Assembly: GCA_020137815.1 (NCBI GenBank)
Contig: CM035352.1
Location: 7,316,001-7,380,000, forward strand
Direction of reading: 5' to 3'
Length of the DNA stretch: 64,000 nucleotides
Source: Hormiphora californensis
Lineage: Eukaryota > Animalia > Ctenophora
The notes under the pieces are model-generated. The model ran no database searches. It was given only the letters and a program-made list of their open reading frames with translations, and was not told the origin of the DNA. The position numbers and the translations under genes are program-made. The number at the start of each line of letters is the position of its first letter. Within the stretch, counting starts at the first letter, position 1. Positions 13,552 to 25,745 of the stretch are shown here, piece by piece.

Positions 13552-15257
13552 TATATAAAAAATTATGTTTTTTTTTTCAAAAAAAAGGTATATAAAATAT
13601 ATAAAAATATATAAAAAATGAGCGTTGGCCCCCCCCCCCCCCCCCCCCCCCCCGATTATCTAGATGAGTTGTTAGTTTTGGTGTGTTGACGAAAGGGAGG
13701 ACACCATCTGTACACACTATACACGTCCAGTGCCTAGCTAGATTTAGCCTATTTAAAGTTAGAACATCGTTTGGTGACAGCTGGGCACATCTAGCATGCA
13801 TAGTTTCACTACATTCAGAGCAAGTAATAGAAGCTTTCTGGGGTTTAATTTTTTTGGTGCAACCATGACAACTATCATGGTCACTTTTTGTTTTTAATAG
13901 TCTAGGTTTAATTGTAGATTTGAAAGTTAGCTAGAAAGTTCTATTGCTTCAGCCTGCCTGTGAAGTCTGGTGAGGACTTTTGTACAGTAAAACAGACCAA
14001 GATAACAGATCAGTCAAGTTTAAGTTAGTTATCGAGCAGAGTGTATAATTTCGGTAAACGACGGAGTTAAACAGAAAATGTGTGTTAAACGGGAGAGAAG
14101 GCGGTAGAAATAAGCGGAGATAAGAGCAGGCAAGGGCAGCAGGCGACCAAGACGGGGGGAGGGTAGAGGACAAGACAAAGGGGGGTTTAAAGAATGTTTA
14201 CTAGCTAGGTGGAAAATTGATATGAGGTAGTTGCGGTTTTTGTGCAAGTGGTGTATTATATGATCGCAAAAGGCAAGCTTCCCCTCGTCCGACCCGAAGT
14301 TGGGAGATTCGTCGAAACAGCAACCTTCAGGCTGTTAAAATATTTTTTGATGCACGGCGGCCTGTTTAAATTAAGAATATGGCCAAAAAATATTCTTAAT
14401 TTTGTTATTCTTAATTTTAGAGTTCCTTATTTTTCTACAATCTGATGAGGGAAAGCGTATCATGGAGAGTGGCTAGAGAGCATCTGGCATCATTGATGCG
14501 TTGAAGTCTGAAGAGTGCACGTAGTGACAGTGTTGTAAATGATTTAGTTGACCCCTTTGCTTCAATGGCAATTTGAATCAAGTATAGATTGTATTTTAGC
14601 CTTTTTATCCAAATTTTGGTCATATTCTTCGCTAGAAAATTTATTCTTAATTATGTTATTCTTAATTTTAGAAGCGATAATTAACGGTTCGCTGATTTAC
14701 AGTGAGTAAGGTACACCATAACTCAAAGGAAGGTTATGCATGCTAAGCTATGTATATGATGTAAGGAACCATTTATCCCACCCCTCCCACCCCTATAGCA
14801 ACAATTCTCTCAACTTTTTACCTCGGGTCTCCGTGTTTTTCGAGGTCTCCGGTTCCTTTGATGAGGCCGCCGAATTCTGAACAGTCATGATGCTACTGAT
14901 CGGGATATTGTCATAAATGAATTGCATCTATTTACATTTAGGACGGCAGTTGGGGGTTAATAATCTATGTTAAATATGTTTGGCTTTTTAAACAAAATAT
15001 TTCCACTTTATAATATGTTTTTAAATGTACTGTTAATACCATGCATATAATGTACTGTAATTACCATGCATATCCTTCAGAGACACTGTTAAAGGCTCAC
15101 TAGCCCGAGTGGGCCGACAGAGTAGCATGCCAAAGTACATCAGACACACTGCCCTGTCATGGAGGTCAGGGGACAATTCTGAAGTATTTTGAGGTGGTTC
15201 CAACTCATTCCAGGATAATCCAATTGTGGAGTCGAAACAAACATGCTGTAGTGCACA

Positions 15258-16002
15258 GCCGGTTCCTCCTCTTAGCCGGTTCCTCCTCTTAGCCGGTTCC
15301 TCCTCTTAGCCGGTTCCTCCTCTTAGCCGGTTCCTCCTCTTAGCCGGTTCCTCCTCTTAGCCGGTTCCTCCTCTTAGCCGGTTCCTCCTCTTAGCCGGTT
15401 CCTCCTCTTAGCCGGTTCCTCCTCTTAGCCGGTTCCTCCTCTTAGCCGGTTCCTCCTCTTAGCCGGTTCCTCCTCTTAGCCGGTTCCTCCTCTTAGCCGG
15501 TTCCTCGTCTTGGCCGGTTCCTCGTCTTAGCCGGTTCCTCGTCTTAGCCGGTTCCTCCTCTTAGCCGGTTCCTCGTCTTAGCCGGTTCCTCGTCTTAGCC
15601 GGTTCCTCGTCTTAGCCGGTTCCTCGTCTTAGCCGGTTCCTCCTCTTAACCGGTTCCTCGTCTTAGCCGGTTCCTCGTCTTAGCCGGTTCCTCCTCTTAG
15701 CCGGTTCCTCCTCTTAGCCGGTTCCTCCTCTTAGCCGGTTCCTCCTCTTAGCCGGTTCCTCGTCTTAGCCGGTTCTTCCTCTTGGCCGGTTCCTCCTCTT
15801 AGCCGGTTCCTCCTCTTAGCCGGTTCCTCGTCTTAGCCGGTTCTTCCTCTTGGCCGGTTCCTCCTCTTAGCCGGTTCTTCCTCTTAGCCGGTTCCTCCTC
15901 TTAGCCGGTTCTTCCTCTTAGCCGGTTCCTCCTCTTAGCCGGTTCTTCCTCTTAGCCGGTTCCTCCTCTTAGCCGGTTCCTCCTCTTAGCCGGTTCCTCC
16001 TC
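15258..16002. repeat. 17-bp minisatellite (gccggttcctcctctta), about 44 copies
   Basis: Head-to-tail units with cctcc/cctcg/cttcc variants and no spacers. Confidence 0.97.
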
Positions 16003-16427
16003 TGCTCACTGCTACCAGACGTCCTCGTGGTGTTATATTCTCGATAATTTCTTTACCAGTGGTCTTTAATCTCGAGTGACCCGTTTCATCATTTATCAAA
16101 TGTTAATCACGGTCTGTCGGGGGTGTCGCCGGACGCACAAGGAAGCAAAGAATAGATGTAATACTCATCTCCATCCTCATCCCGACATGACAGCCGGATA
16201 TTAGTTCTCTTTCGAATCTCCTCTCGGTATACTAACTTGATAAAAATTCCTGCTTGATTTGAGAGAGGGATGGAAAGATTTAGGAATGTGACTGAGTTTA
16301 AACTAAAAAAGTGGATATTTCTCCATAACAAAAACTTGAACTTTGTTTTTTAGCCATTCAGAACACATTGTGAAAAACTTCAAGATGTTCAACATTAATT
16401 AACTAATATGTAGCAGGTTAGCATCTG

Positions 16428-17814
16428 GGTGTCCTCCACGAACAGTACTAAACTTTTAGATCTCGACTAATTAGGCCTTTTGAGTGTGAAAATTGGAGAG
16501 CTCTATCGATTTCGTCCACGAACTACAGAATTAGTGTTGGTTGTTTGTGCTTTGAGTAGGGTTTTAGAGAGGGATTAGTTCCATACTAAAACCCCCTCCA
16601 CGTGGTACAAGTCACGTGATTTCACGCCCCATTTCACACTGAACCCATATAAGCCCCACTAACCTAGCACTAAAATTTCGACTAAACAGGCTGAGAATTT
16701 AGCCAACCCAAAGGCTGTCTAAATTGAAACTAAATTTTACTATTGTGGAAATGCGTTCCCAAAACGACCCCAAAATGATTAAAGAGAAACAACGATTTTG
16801 CAGTACTAATATTCAATTAAGACCCCAAAATGACCCAAAATTGCCAAAATGGCCACGGCTGTCTTTGACATACATGCTTACATGATGAACTTGAGATATT
16901 GAAATTGTTTAAAATTGAAAAAATAATTTTAAAGGAACGAGATAAGAGGGAGAGAGAGAATTCCTTATGTGCATATCCCAGAAATATGAGAGGATATATG
17001 AAAGAGTATAATTAGACAGTACTTCTCAAGATATGTACTAGGGGGCCAAAATGAAATATTATACCGGATAGAATTGCCTGTATTATGTTTAACTAGCAAA
17101 ATCATAGCAAAAGTATCAAAAGTAAGTACATATCTCTCTTATAGTCTCTCTCTCTCTCTCCCTCTCTCTCCTTCTCTCTCATTCCCCTCTCATTCCCCTC
17201 TCTCCCAATCTCAGTCCCCCCTCTCATTCTCCCCTCTCATTCCCTCTTCTCTCCCAAACTCATTCCCATCTCTCATTCCCATCTCTCATTCCCCCTCTCA
17301 TTCCCCCTCTCATTCCCACTATATCCCAATCTCTCACTCCCCCGCTCATTATCCCCCTCTCATTCCCCCCTCTCATTCTCCCCTCTTTCCCAAACTCATT
17401 CCCATATCTCATTCTCCATCTCTTTCCCTCCTATCTCCCAATTTCTCATTCCCGGTTCCCCATTTCATTATGCCCCTCTCGTTATCCCCCTCTCAGGTGT
17501 GGCACTGGCTATTAATTATCGCACATTGAGAATCAAGTGTCCTGATTGGCCAGTGGATCTCTATCTCAATTCACACATTACGTTCCACGTTATTGTATGT
17601 CACGCTGATATCTTCACGTGATGGAAAAGAAAGAGTGCCCATTGGGTGTCGCATTCTATCACATGTATAACACCTCAGTATCACATGGGTCGGACCAAGC
17701 CTTGAAACATGTTGTTCGTGGACGGTTATCTAAAGTTTAGCGAGATATTAGTCGCTCACTAACTTGACTTCTAAATTTCAACACTAAACTGAATTTAGTT
17801 TCGTGGAGGACACC
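16428..17814. mobile_element. PIF/Harbinger-type non-autonomous element
   Basis: TIRs ggtgtcctccacgaa / ttcgtggaggacacc flanked by ctg / cag (CWG). The empty site gcat-cag-agata is present in copy A at ~4820. Confidence 0.8.
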
Positions 17815-20211
17815 CAGAGATACACAACCATAAGAGACCAAGTGTGAGAGTAAACCACCACACTTACTACTTAAAATATCGCCAAAAACAGAACTATTTT
17901 AACCGTGTCCTACATCTGTCAATGATTTGGTCTAACTCGAGTTAACTAATCGGACTATGTTTTAATATGGGCGGCTTCATTTGGTTTGTAGCCATGTGCC
18001 TTAACTCCTAGAAACCCTGCCGGGGCCCTGTTTCTATTGATCGGCCGCACCAGCCTGTCAGTCTCATTCCCATAAAATACACCAGGGTAGATTGTGGAGG
18101 ATGGCTGGTTGATCAAAGGTCGTCGTTGGCCTCCAAGTATTGGAAGCACGCTGAGCAGAAGTCTGCTTCCACACTGTTTCCATGCTCATGCATCTTCTCT
18201 GATACATCAGAAAGAATGTCCATGTTACTGCCCTGCTATTTCATAAAATATTTTCTCTTGCGATCGTACCTGTTTACAGAAGAACGTCCTGGTATACTGA
18301 ATAGACATTTGGTCACCACCTGTACTGTCTACGATCACCGGCGTGAGAGGTGTCGCATAGCTTCCATCCTAGTTACGTGATTTTGCCACTCTGTCCACGC
18401 TTAAGTCTTTGTACCCCGGCAACTTTTCCTAATAAAAAGAGAGTGCTAGTTGTGTATCTAATTGTCAACAACATGTGTCTATATGTTAATGGCTTTTTAA
18501 CTGCAATTCTTCCACTTTATTAAATGTATATAAAATGTATGGTAGTTCTGGGCTGAATACTTTATAGAGTGATTCACGAGAAACTGAAAATCTCAGACGT
18601 TACAAAGTTTACAATTAAGAACAACTCAAGTAGGAGAGCCAGAATGTTCAGAAGTGTGTAAATAACGGCACTTGACGATTTTTGGTAAACTTAGTTCGTA
18701 CAACTAGTCTTTTTCCATATCGACAGGTCATCTTTCTGTTGTGAGGAAATCAACTGTGGTGTGACAAGCAGTCATCACATATTAACCGCATAGCTTCCAT
18801 CAGAGTTACGTGATTTTGCCACTCTGTCCCACGCTTGTCTTTGTACCCCGGCAACTTTTCCTAATAAAAAGAGAGTACTATCATCATCATCGCTGGTAGA
18901 GGTATAACCGTCTGAGCCTCAGACGGTTATACCTCTACCAGACTCTGAGGTGCTGATATCAGAGTCCACCATGCCGCAGTTACAATTTGTCGACTAGATG
19001 TCTTAGAGTGCCTCATAACCGTTTCCTCTATGCTCATGTCGGTCCACTGCTCACTCCAGTTTCTTGAAGAGTATCGGACAGCTGAACGTGATATCAGCAT
19101 TATCAATCAAGTGTTAGATAAAATAATAAGCACAGTATTAAATGTACTGTCAGTGCCATCCTCAATTCCGTGTTTACCGGAGGCCGGAATTCGTTGAAAG
19201 CCCCCCCCCCCCCCAAGCCACGGCAAGGCTTCTTCTTGGAGGTGGTGGCCGTTGATGCTGTAAATGTTGCAGCTAAAATGAAAAGCACAATATTAAATGT
19301 ACTGTTAATGCATGTGCATTGTGCACTCGAAGGATAACTCCCCTCTCTTCCGTTAATCTTCCCAATGCAATTCCTACCCATTATAGAGGGCCCCATAAAA
19401 ACTCCAATAACCCCAATTAATGTCCCAATGAGAGTCCCAATGCTAATTCCGATCGACAAACAGAACCACACCTTACAGGTTGACAGGGGGGACTTGTCGG
19501 TCAGGTTCGTCTCACTCAATTTCATTTGAGGGATTCCGTTGATTTGAAATGTCAGGTCGGCTCTTTGCATCTTCAACACCCATAGTACTCAGCTCGGGGA
19601 CTGGGGAGGGTGGCAGTTAGCATGAGCAGGAGCTCAAGGGGGTGGGATGTTACTTTTACGTAGTAGGTGGGAATAAAACTGCAGTAGTATTGACTCAGAC
19701 CTACCCTGTGGGAGGGGATCTGCCAGGGGGTTTGAAGAGGGCGGTAGAATGGGCACTGCCCTGGCAGCCCGAGAGAAGAAGGTGTGTGGGTACGGTGGTT
19801 GCTGTACAAGCTTGTAGCAGTTGACGCTCCACTAGGAAGTGGATTAAACACAGGAGATCCGAGATGGTGTTTTACCTCCATTATGTGTGTAACTCTCCCC
19901 AAAACTATAACATGCCTAGTTCCTACCAATGGAATATCATGGTCATTATTGCAATGTGATCTGCATGTACAGCCTCATACATCTCTCTAAACCAATCGTT
20001 GTTGTGCAGTACATCAGCCGCTTTCTTCATAACTTTCTGAATGTGTCTACTGCATGCAGCCTCGGCTGCCCCATATTATCTAACCTATAAAATGTATTAT
20101 AAGCTAATTTAATCCTCAACATAAAAGTCAAAGTAAAACAGTGCATCGACCGTGGAATTCTAAACGTAAGGCGTAAGCTAAATTATAGGTCCCCTCTTTC
20201 AATGGCCCCGT

Positions 20212-20700
20212 TTAACTTCCTTTTAAGTGACGGTTTTCTGAGCTCTGCCACTGGCTTTTTGTCCATGTCTCTTGCTGGCATGGTCGTGGTCCCGAGGTCG
20301 ATAACCTCTCACTCTGGTGCCGTGGTCCCGAGGTCGATGACCTCTCACTCTGGTGCCGTGGTCCCGAGGTCGATGACCTCTCACTCTGGTGCCGGGTTCG
20401 CGAGGTCGATGACCTCTCACTCTTGTGCCGGGTTCGCGAGCTTGTTGGCCTCTCACTCTCCCGGGGTCGCGAGGCTGCATACCGCTGCAGTTTTTCATCC
20501 TCCTTTGCCAGCTTCTCTTCCAGTAACTGGACCATTAACCGCGTCTCCTCGTCACCTTTCCTTTCCTCTTGTCTCTTGCGGAAACCGCAATATTTTGTAC
20601 ATCCTTCGAACAGATGCTCGAATCGGGCCAGCTCCGTCAGCCGGTACATCCTCCGATGTCCTACCTGTACCCCCTTTCCCCAGTTAGCTAGTTCAAACAT
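20212..20700 (-). CDS. Hypothetical 162-aa protein with 12-aa (36-bp) repeats RHQSERSSTSGP; member of the local ORF array
   Basis: Open ORF immediately downstream of spacer motif R1. Shares CTKYCGF and RPCQQETWTK-encoding blocks with 23.1-23.45 kb. Confidence 0.3.
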   Translation of the reverse strand: MFELANWGKGVQVGHRRMYRLTELARFEHLFEGCTKYCGFRKRQEERKGDEETRLMVQLLEEKLAKEDEKLQRYAASRPRESERPTSSRTRHKSERSSTSRTRHQSERSSTSGPRHQSERSSTSGPRHQSERLSTSGPRPCQQETWTKSQWQSSENRHLKGS

Positions 20701-20871
20701 TTAAGTATTTTCTCGATAAGTTATTTACCAATGGTCCTTACTTTACACTGACCCGTGCCATCATTTATCAAATGTTAATGGCTTTTTAAGTACAATATTT
20801 CCACTTTATAAAATGTGTGTAAGTTAGATAAAATAATAATAGTAAGCACAATATTAAATGTACTGTTAGTA

Positions 20872-22275
20872 CCGTGTGCGGCAAAAAAAAGCCCCCCCCT
20901 AGACCACCATAGTTGCCGATGTGGTGGAGAGCTGTAACTTGGCAGGGTTGCTCCACTATGTCTATCTTGATCCTGACAGAAAAATCAGAGCTCTAGCTCA
21001 AAATTCATTTTCATGAACGGAATGAACTTCTCCGTTCCTTCGATATGAGACCCCCTCATCATTCAGAATTTTTTGCCCGTCTTTGGCTAACGATTATCTT
21101 TGTAATGAGACCAATTTGAGCATAATCTGATTACCAGGAGAGACACAGTGGAGGGTTTTCCGACCGTCACTCCTGACATGTGATCCAGGCCCGGTCACGT
21201 GGTGAAAAGTGGGTTTGGGGTGCTGTTAACATGTCTCAATAACGGATTATTGCTCTCATATCCCTTGAATATCCCTCCACAATGCTCTCAAGTCAAGTGA
21301 TGCTGATTGATTGGGTTCATGTCACCAGTTCTTGTCAAAGTTCTCAAGCGGCCCGTGATACGAGATCATTTCATCAAGGAGGGGCCATCTTGTGTCACTA
21401 ATCAGCCTATCATCTCACATTACACTAGCCAAGGGATCTGGGGTAGCAGACTTCCTCCTTCCGGATCGTCCAGGATTGTTGTTTTTGGAGTGGCCCTCGT
21501 CTGAAACTGTCCGATGGATCTTTCTGCAGGACTTCTTGGATGGGGCATGGCGGCCAAACTTGATAAAGAACTCCTGTTCGATGGTGGGGTAGAGGGTGTT
21601 GGTTTCCTTCTTGAGCCAGATGAAGTTCCTCTGTTCGGGTGTAAAATGCATTGCAAGTAACGATTGGGAATGATTTTGATGAACATTTGAAGATTTAAAT
21701 ACCCCAGATCCCTTGGCTAGTGTAATGTGAGATGATAGGCTGATTAGTGACACAAGATGGCCCCTCCTTGATGAAATGATCTCGTATCACGGGCCGCTTG
21801 AGAACTTTGACAAGAACTGGTGACATGAACCCAATCAATCAGCATCACAAAGTGACTTGAGAGCATTGTGGAGGGATATTCAAGGGATATGAGAGCAATA
21901 ATCCGTTATTGAGACATGTTAACAGCACCCCAAACCCACTTTTCACCACGTGACCGGGCCTGGATCACATGTCAGGAGTGACGGTCGGAAAACCCTCCAC
22001 TGTGTCTCTCCTGGTAATCAGATTATGCTCAAATTGGTCTCATTACAAAGATAATCGTTAGCCAAAGACGGGCAAAAAATTCTGAATGATGAGGGGGTCT
22101 CATATCGAAGGAACGGAGAAGTTCATTCCGTTCATGAAAATGAATTTTGAGCTAGAGCTCTGATTTTTCTGTCAGGATCAAGATAGACATAGTGGAGCAA
22201 CCCTGCCAAGTTACAGCTCTCCACCACATCGGCAACTATGGTGGTCTAGGGGGGGCCTTTTTTTGCCGCACACGG
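20872..22275. mobile_element. Tc1/mariner foldback derivative: ~574-bp inverted arms around a transposase N-terminal HTH (DUF4817-like) remnant
   Basis: TA-ccgtgtgcgg...ccgcacacgg-TA. Arms at 20872-21445 and 21700-22275. The spacer encodes (minus) MHFTPEQRNFIWL..F..KFGRHAPSKKS..KI....G...N..PGRSGRRKSAT. Confidence 0.88.
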
Positions 22276-23227
22276 TATCTTGTGCCGTACTTAGTAGGAT
22301 AAATACCCACTCTTCATTGTATCGGAAGGGTCCACTCTGGAAACCAGATTGGTAAAGTGTCATGGCTGCTCGTAGTGTTTTCAATATACAGGACTGATTG
22401 TATGGCCGTTTAGGAACTTCGGTGGGGTTACTGCTTTGCTCCTGAATATATGTCAAGCCCAGGTCGAAAAGTTTGGCAATGGTGAATTTACATTGGCTGG
22501 CAAAAATCATGATGCAGAATCAGATACACTTACTGAAGATGATGGCAAGGAAATATCGTCGTCATCTTGATTGGGTTCAAAACTCAAGGGGCGGATGCTC
22601 GTCTAGGTGGCCTCCTGGATAAAATATTTTTAGTTGAAAACCCCGAGAAAATAATGGTGGATGACACGAGTCCGCAGTCTTGGTCATTATGCCATCTTTC
22701 TGCTACCAATGGTTGGTAATATTATTTCAATGTGATCTGCATGTGCAGCCTCATACACCTCCCTACACCAATCGTTCTTGTGGAGTACATCAGCTGATAA
22801 TACCAGTGGTATAGTATAGGAATTGAGCTACTCTCAAATCCATATGGCACATCAGCCGCTTTCTTTATAGCACATTTTTAATGTCTCTACTGCACCGCTT
22901 CGGCCGCCCCATATTATCTAACCTATAAAATGTATTGATCCTATAAACGTAAGCTAAGTTATATAACGTATAGGTCCCCCCTTTCGATTTAACTTATGTT
23001 TCGTTGATGGTTTCTGAGTTCTGCAGAGGCATGCCTCTCTCCTCTGACCACGAATTTATAAAACGAAATAAAAAGCCTTAAAAATATTTTAAAAATGCTC
23101 CCTGGACAAAATACAACAATATACAAATTCCTAAAAGCCTAAATAAGTTTTAAAAACGATCAGTTGGTGAGGAGCATGGTAGGGACTAGGGAGTGGAGTT
23201 GACTCTAATTGTTCCGGAGCATGAGTT

Positions 23228-23395
23228 CGGTCCGGGTTGGTCTCTATATCTCCAGCCTGCAGCAGGAGAAGACCTAGCCAGCCTAATGCGGGTTGGTGGA
23301 AAACATATTGCTGTCTTTTTGTCCATGTCTCTTGCTGGCATGGTCGTGGAGATTCGGGACTGCCCGGGGCAGTTCTCTTTCGTAGAAGAATTCGT
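23228..23395 (-). other. Captured Ingi-like LINE leader with a 2A-like peptide, LLLLQAGDIETNP(GP)
   Basis: gga gat ata gag acc aac ccg gac cg: adding one G restores NPGP. aactgccccgggcagtcccgaa is identical to the LINE leader at 28130-28151. Confidence 0.7.
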
Positions 23396-23905
23396 TGACA
23401 TTGCATGGGGGCCAGCTGTCGGAAAACCGCAATATTTTGTACATCATCTGCTTTCTCAATAGCTTTTTAATGTGTCTACTGCTGCCTCGGCTGCCCCATA
23501 TTATCTAACCTATAAAATGTATTATCATATGTTATAAGCTAATTTAAATTTTAATCATAAACATTAAAGTCAAAGTAAAACAGTGCATCTACCGTGGACT
23601 ACATTTTACTCATGGTCGGGGTTTTTTAATTTAACGTGTTTACTGCAGCCTCGGCTGCTCCATTAGACTTGGGTGAATATGGTGCAGATCTCACGTGTTT
23701 TGTAGCTCTCTGTGAAATACTCCCAAGATGTGAATTGGGGCCCCGTTGTCTGCACTTACTAACGTACTGCGGGGATCCCTAATGTAGCAAACAATCTCTT
23801 TAACACTTGATTCTTCTCCGATGTGGTACTATTCATTTTAAATACCTTCATCCATCGACTGAGAATATATCTAACCTACAAATTAAAAACAACAGAAGTT
23901 TTTAA

Positions 23906-24788
23906 CCCTTTGGAGACGATTGGGTCACAGGTGACCCAATACTTTGAACCCATTTAGCGTCTTTCTAGACCACGTTTGAAAGTTTTAAATTGTTTCCAGG
24001 GTTGAAACATACATTTTTCTACCATTTTGAGGTCGTTTTGAGCCTCTGAAGTCGTCGACTTCGGGAAACAGGGCTAAAACAGTACATTTGGTAGGCAAAA
24101 TGGGTAGTTTAATGGCCATATCTCAAAATTGGTACGAGTATGCTTAAAATGGACTTGGAAAATGCAAGAAAAGTGTATATTTTACTCCGGGGTAAAGTTT
24201 CAGGGTGATATTGCACATTTTGTGCCTCTCAGAGGCCTTCAAAGTGCTGGGTCACCTGTGACCCAATCGTCCCCTAACGCTAAAACAGAAATTTGCATTT
24301 TACGAGCATTTCTAAAGGAATGGCCGCCGATAAAAGTCCAAAACGGCATTTTTTTAAACAGGTGCTAGCGACTAACCGACTCCATCATTGTTATCTCAAA
24401 ATCCAAGGGAGTCGATAAAAAAATTTTTGAGATCCGTGCTCCTTCAGAAAATTTTTCATCTCGGCCAATTTTGAAATTCTAAAATCGGCTACAGATGAGA
24501 TAGAGAGGTCCATAGGGTGTGCAAAATGTGCAGAACGGCCGGGTTTATATAAGTGTTATGAAGAAACATAGGGCCTAAAATTAACGGTTTTCGAGTTATG
24601 GGGCAAAATAGCTGCGAAATCTCAATTCCTGTTTTAGCGTTAGGGGACGATTGGGTCACAGGTGACCCAATAGAAATACAGGTGGTAGAACCAAAATTCC
24701 TTTTCCTACGTTTAAGTAGGTTCAAAGTAAGTGTCTCCAGAAAGTTTTAGAGAATTCTGTCGACAGGGGGCTTATCGTCCCCAAAGGG
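23906..24788. mobile_element. piggyBac-type non-autonomous element
   Basis: TTAA-ccctttggagacgat ... atcgtccccaaaggg-TTAA, with internal copies of the palindrome ttgggtcacaggtgacccaa. Confidence 0.88.
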
Positions 24789-25389
24789 TTAAGGTCTATA
24801 CACATGCTTCATGATAACATTTTAAATTAATGATTTGGGTTATTCTAGAGCCTGTACACTTGAGGCGCAAATCAATATATGAAAAGAGATTCGTATCTGT
24901 ATCGGCAAATTAATCTTTCCCTTTCTCTTTGGAAAAGAGGAGGAATACGTTTTCAGACTACATCACAACACTTACTTTCTTTAAGGCTGCAGATCTCGTC
25001 CTCATCAAACTCCAGGCCCGCCAAGTTACGAAATAACTTTACCCCACTTATCCCAGTTTTCGCCTTTATCTGTTCCTTTACTGATTTGTTGAACGAATCA
25101 AGATCTGCAATGTAATGATGTGTCAGAAACTATCAACTAATCAGCGATTATGTATTGGGCATGATATCCTCTCTTTTCTCTCCCTCCTGCGCTGTCCTCT
25201 CACGTTTTCGTGCGTGCTACGTCTTTTCCCAAAAAGAGAGGGTACGTACACCGTACTCAATTAAATGTATTATTATAAGCTAAGTCAATTCTAAACGTAA
25301 GCTAAATTATAGGTCCCCTCGTTCGATGGCCCTATTAACTTAATTTTTAGGGATGGTTTTCGCAGCTCTGCCGCACAAGCCCGCGCCCG

Positions 25390-25745
25390 GTGCAAGTTTG
25401 TTTTGGTTTTGTATTTATCCAGTATCTCCGGAATGCCCAGGAAAGGTTGGAATTTTGGGCACGTCGCGGGCAAGTTGGAATTCGTATAGGTCCAGTTCCA
25501 CCGCAAGTTTTAAGATGATTTAACATTCAACGGTGGGTCGCCCAATCCCCATAATACACTGGAATAACTCAATAAATATAATGCACTCTTTAATGAGAAC
25601 GGTCAAGCGCTTTTAAGACGTTCCGCAGATGGCCCGAGTCTTTGGGAGTTCCGAATTGCCTGTCCAATAAGATGGGGGGATCACAACGATGAGCAATACT
25701 CTACGTGGCGTCTTACATGCGCTTTGTATTATAGTAGGTGCATGT
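25390..25745 (-). pseudogene. Decayed LINE RT C-terminal fragment
   Basis: The minus strand encodes YKAHVRRHVEYCSSL*SPHLIG, resembling the RSxLEYCSxxWSP motif of CR1-group ORF2. Confidence 0.5.

Larger units (their letters stand above)
10999..13653. mobile_element. Poly(G)-tipped non-autonomous DNA transposon, family G(n)CCAACG, carrying three nested MITEs
   Basis: Ends G11-ccaacg and cgttgg-C25; 8-bp TSD gattatct (10991-10998 / 13654-13661). An empty copy of the same family lies at 46405-47223. Confidence 0.9.
7281..14340 (-). mobile_element. CR1/L2-type non-LTR retrotransposon (PHD + APE endonuclease + RT), frameshifted and interrupted
   Basis: RT motifs LDFSKAFD, GVPQGSILGP, FADD (8228-8908). 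APE motifs FNET, GGGLAIY, PTRIT..LIDHIF..SDH (9213-10747). PHD-like C..C..H..C..W.C..C (13577-13860). (TTCAA)n 3' tail at 7281-7298. The 5' limit is approximate. Confidence 0.93.
7255..14711. mobile_element. TA-flanked Tc1/mariner-type MITE split by the LINE insertion
   Basis: 26-bp TIRs ccttactcactgtaaatcagcgaacc (7255-7280) / ggttcgctgatttacagtgagtaagg (14686-14711), with TA on both outer sides. Confidence 0.8.

Noticed and set aside
15258-16002. CRISPR-like array
   Set aside because: Units are head-to-tail with no unique spacers; eukaryotic context and no cas genes.
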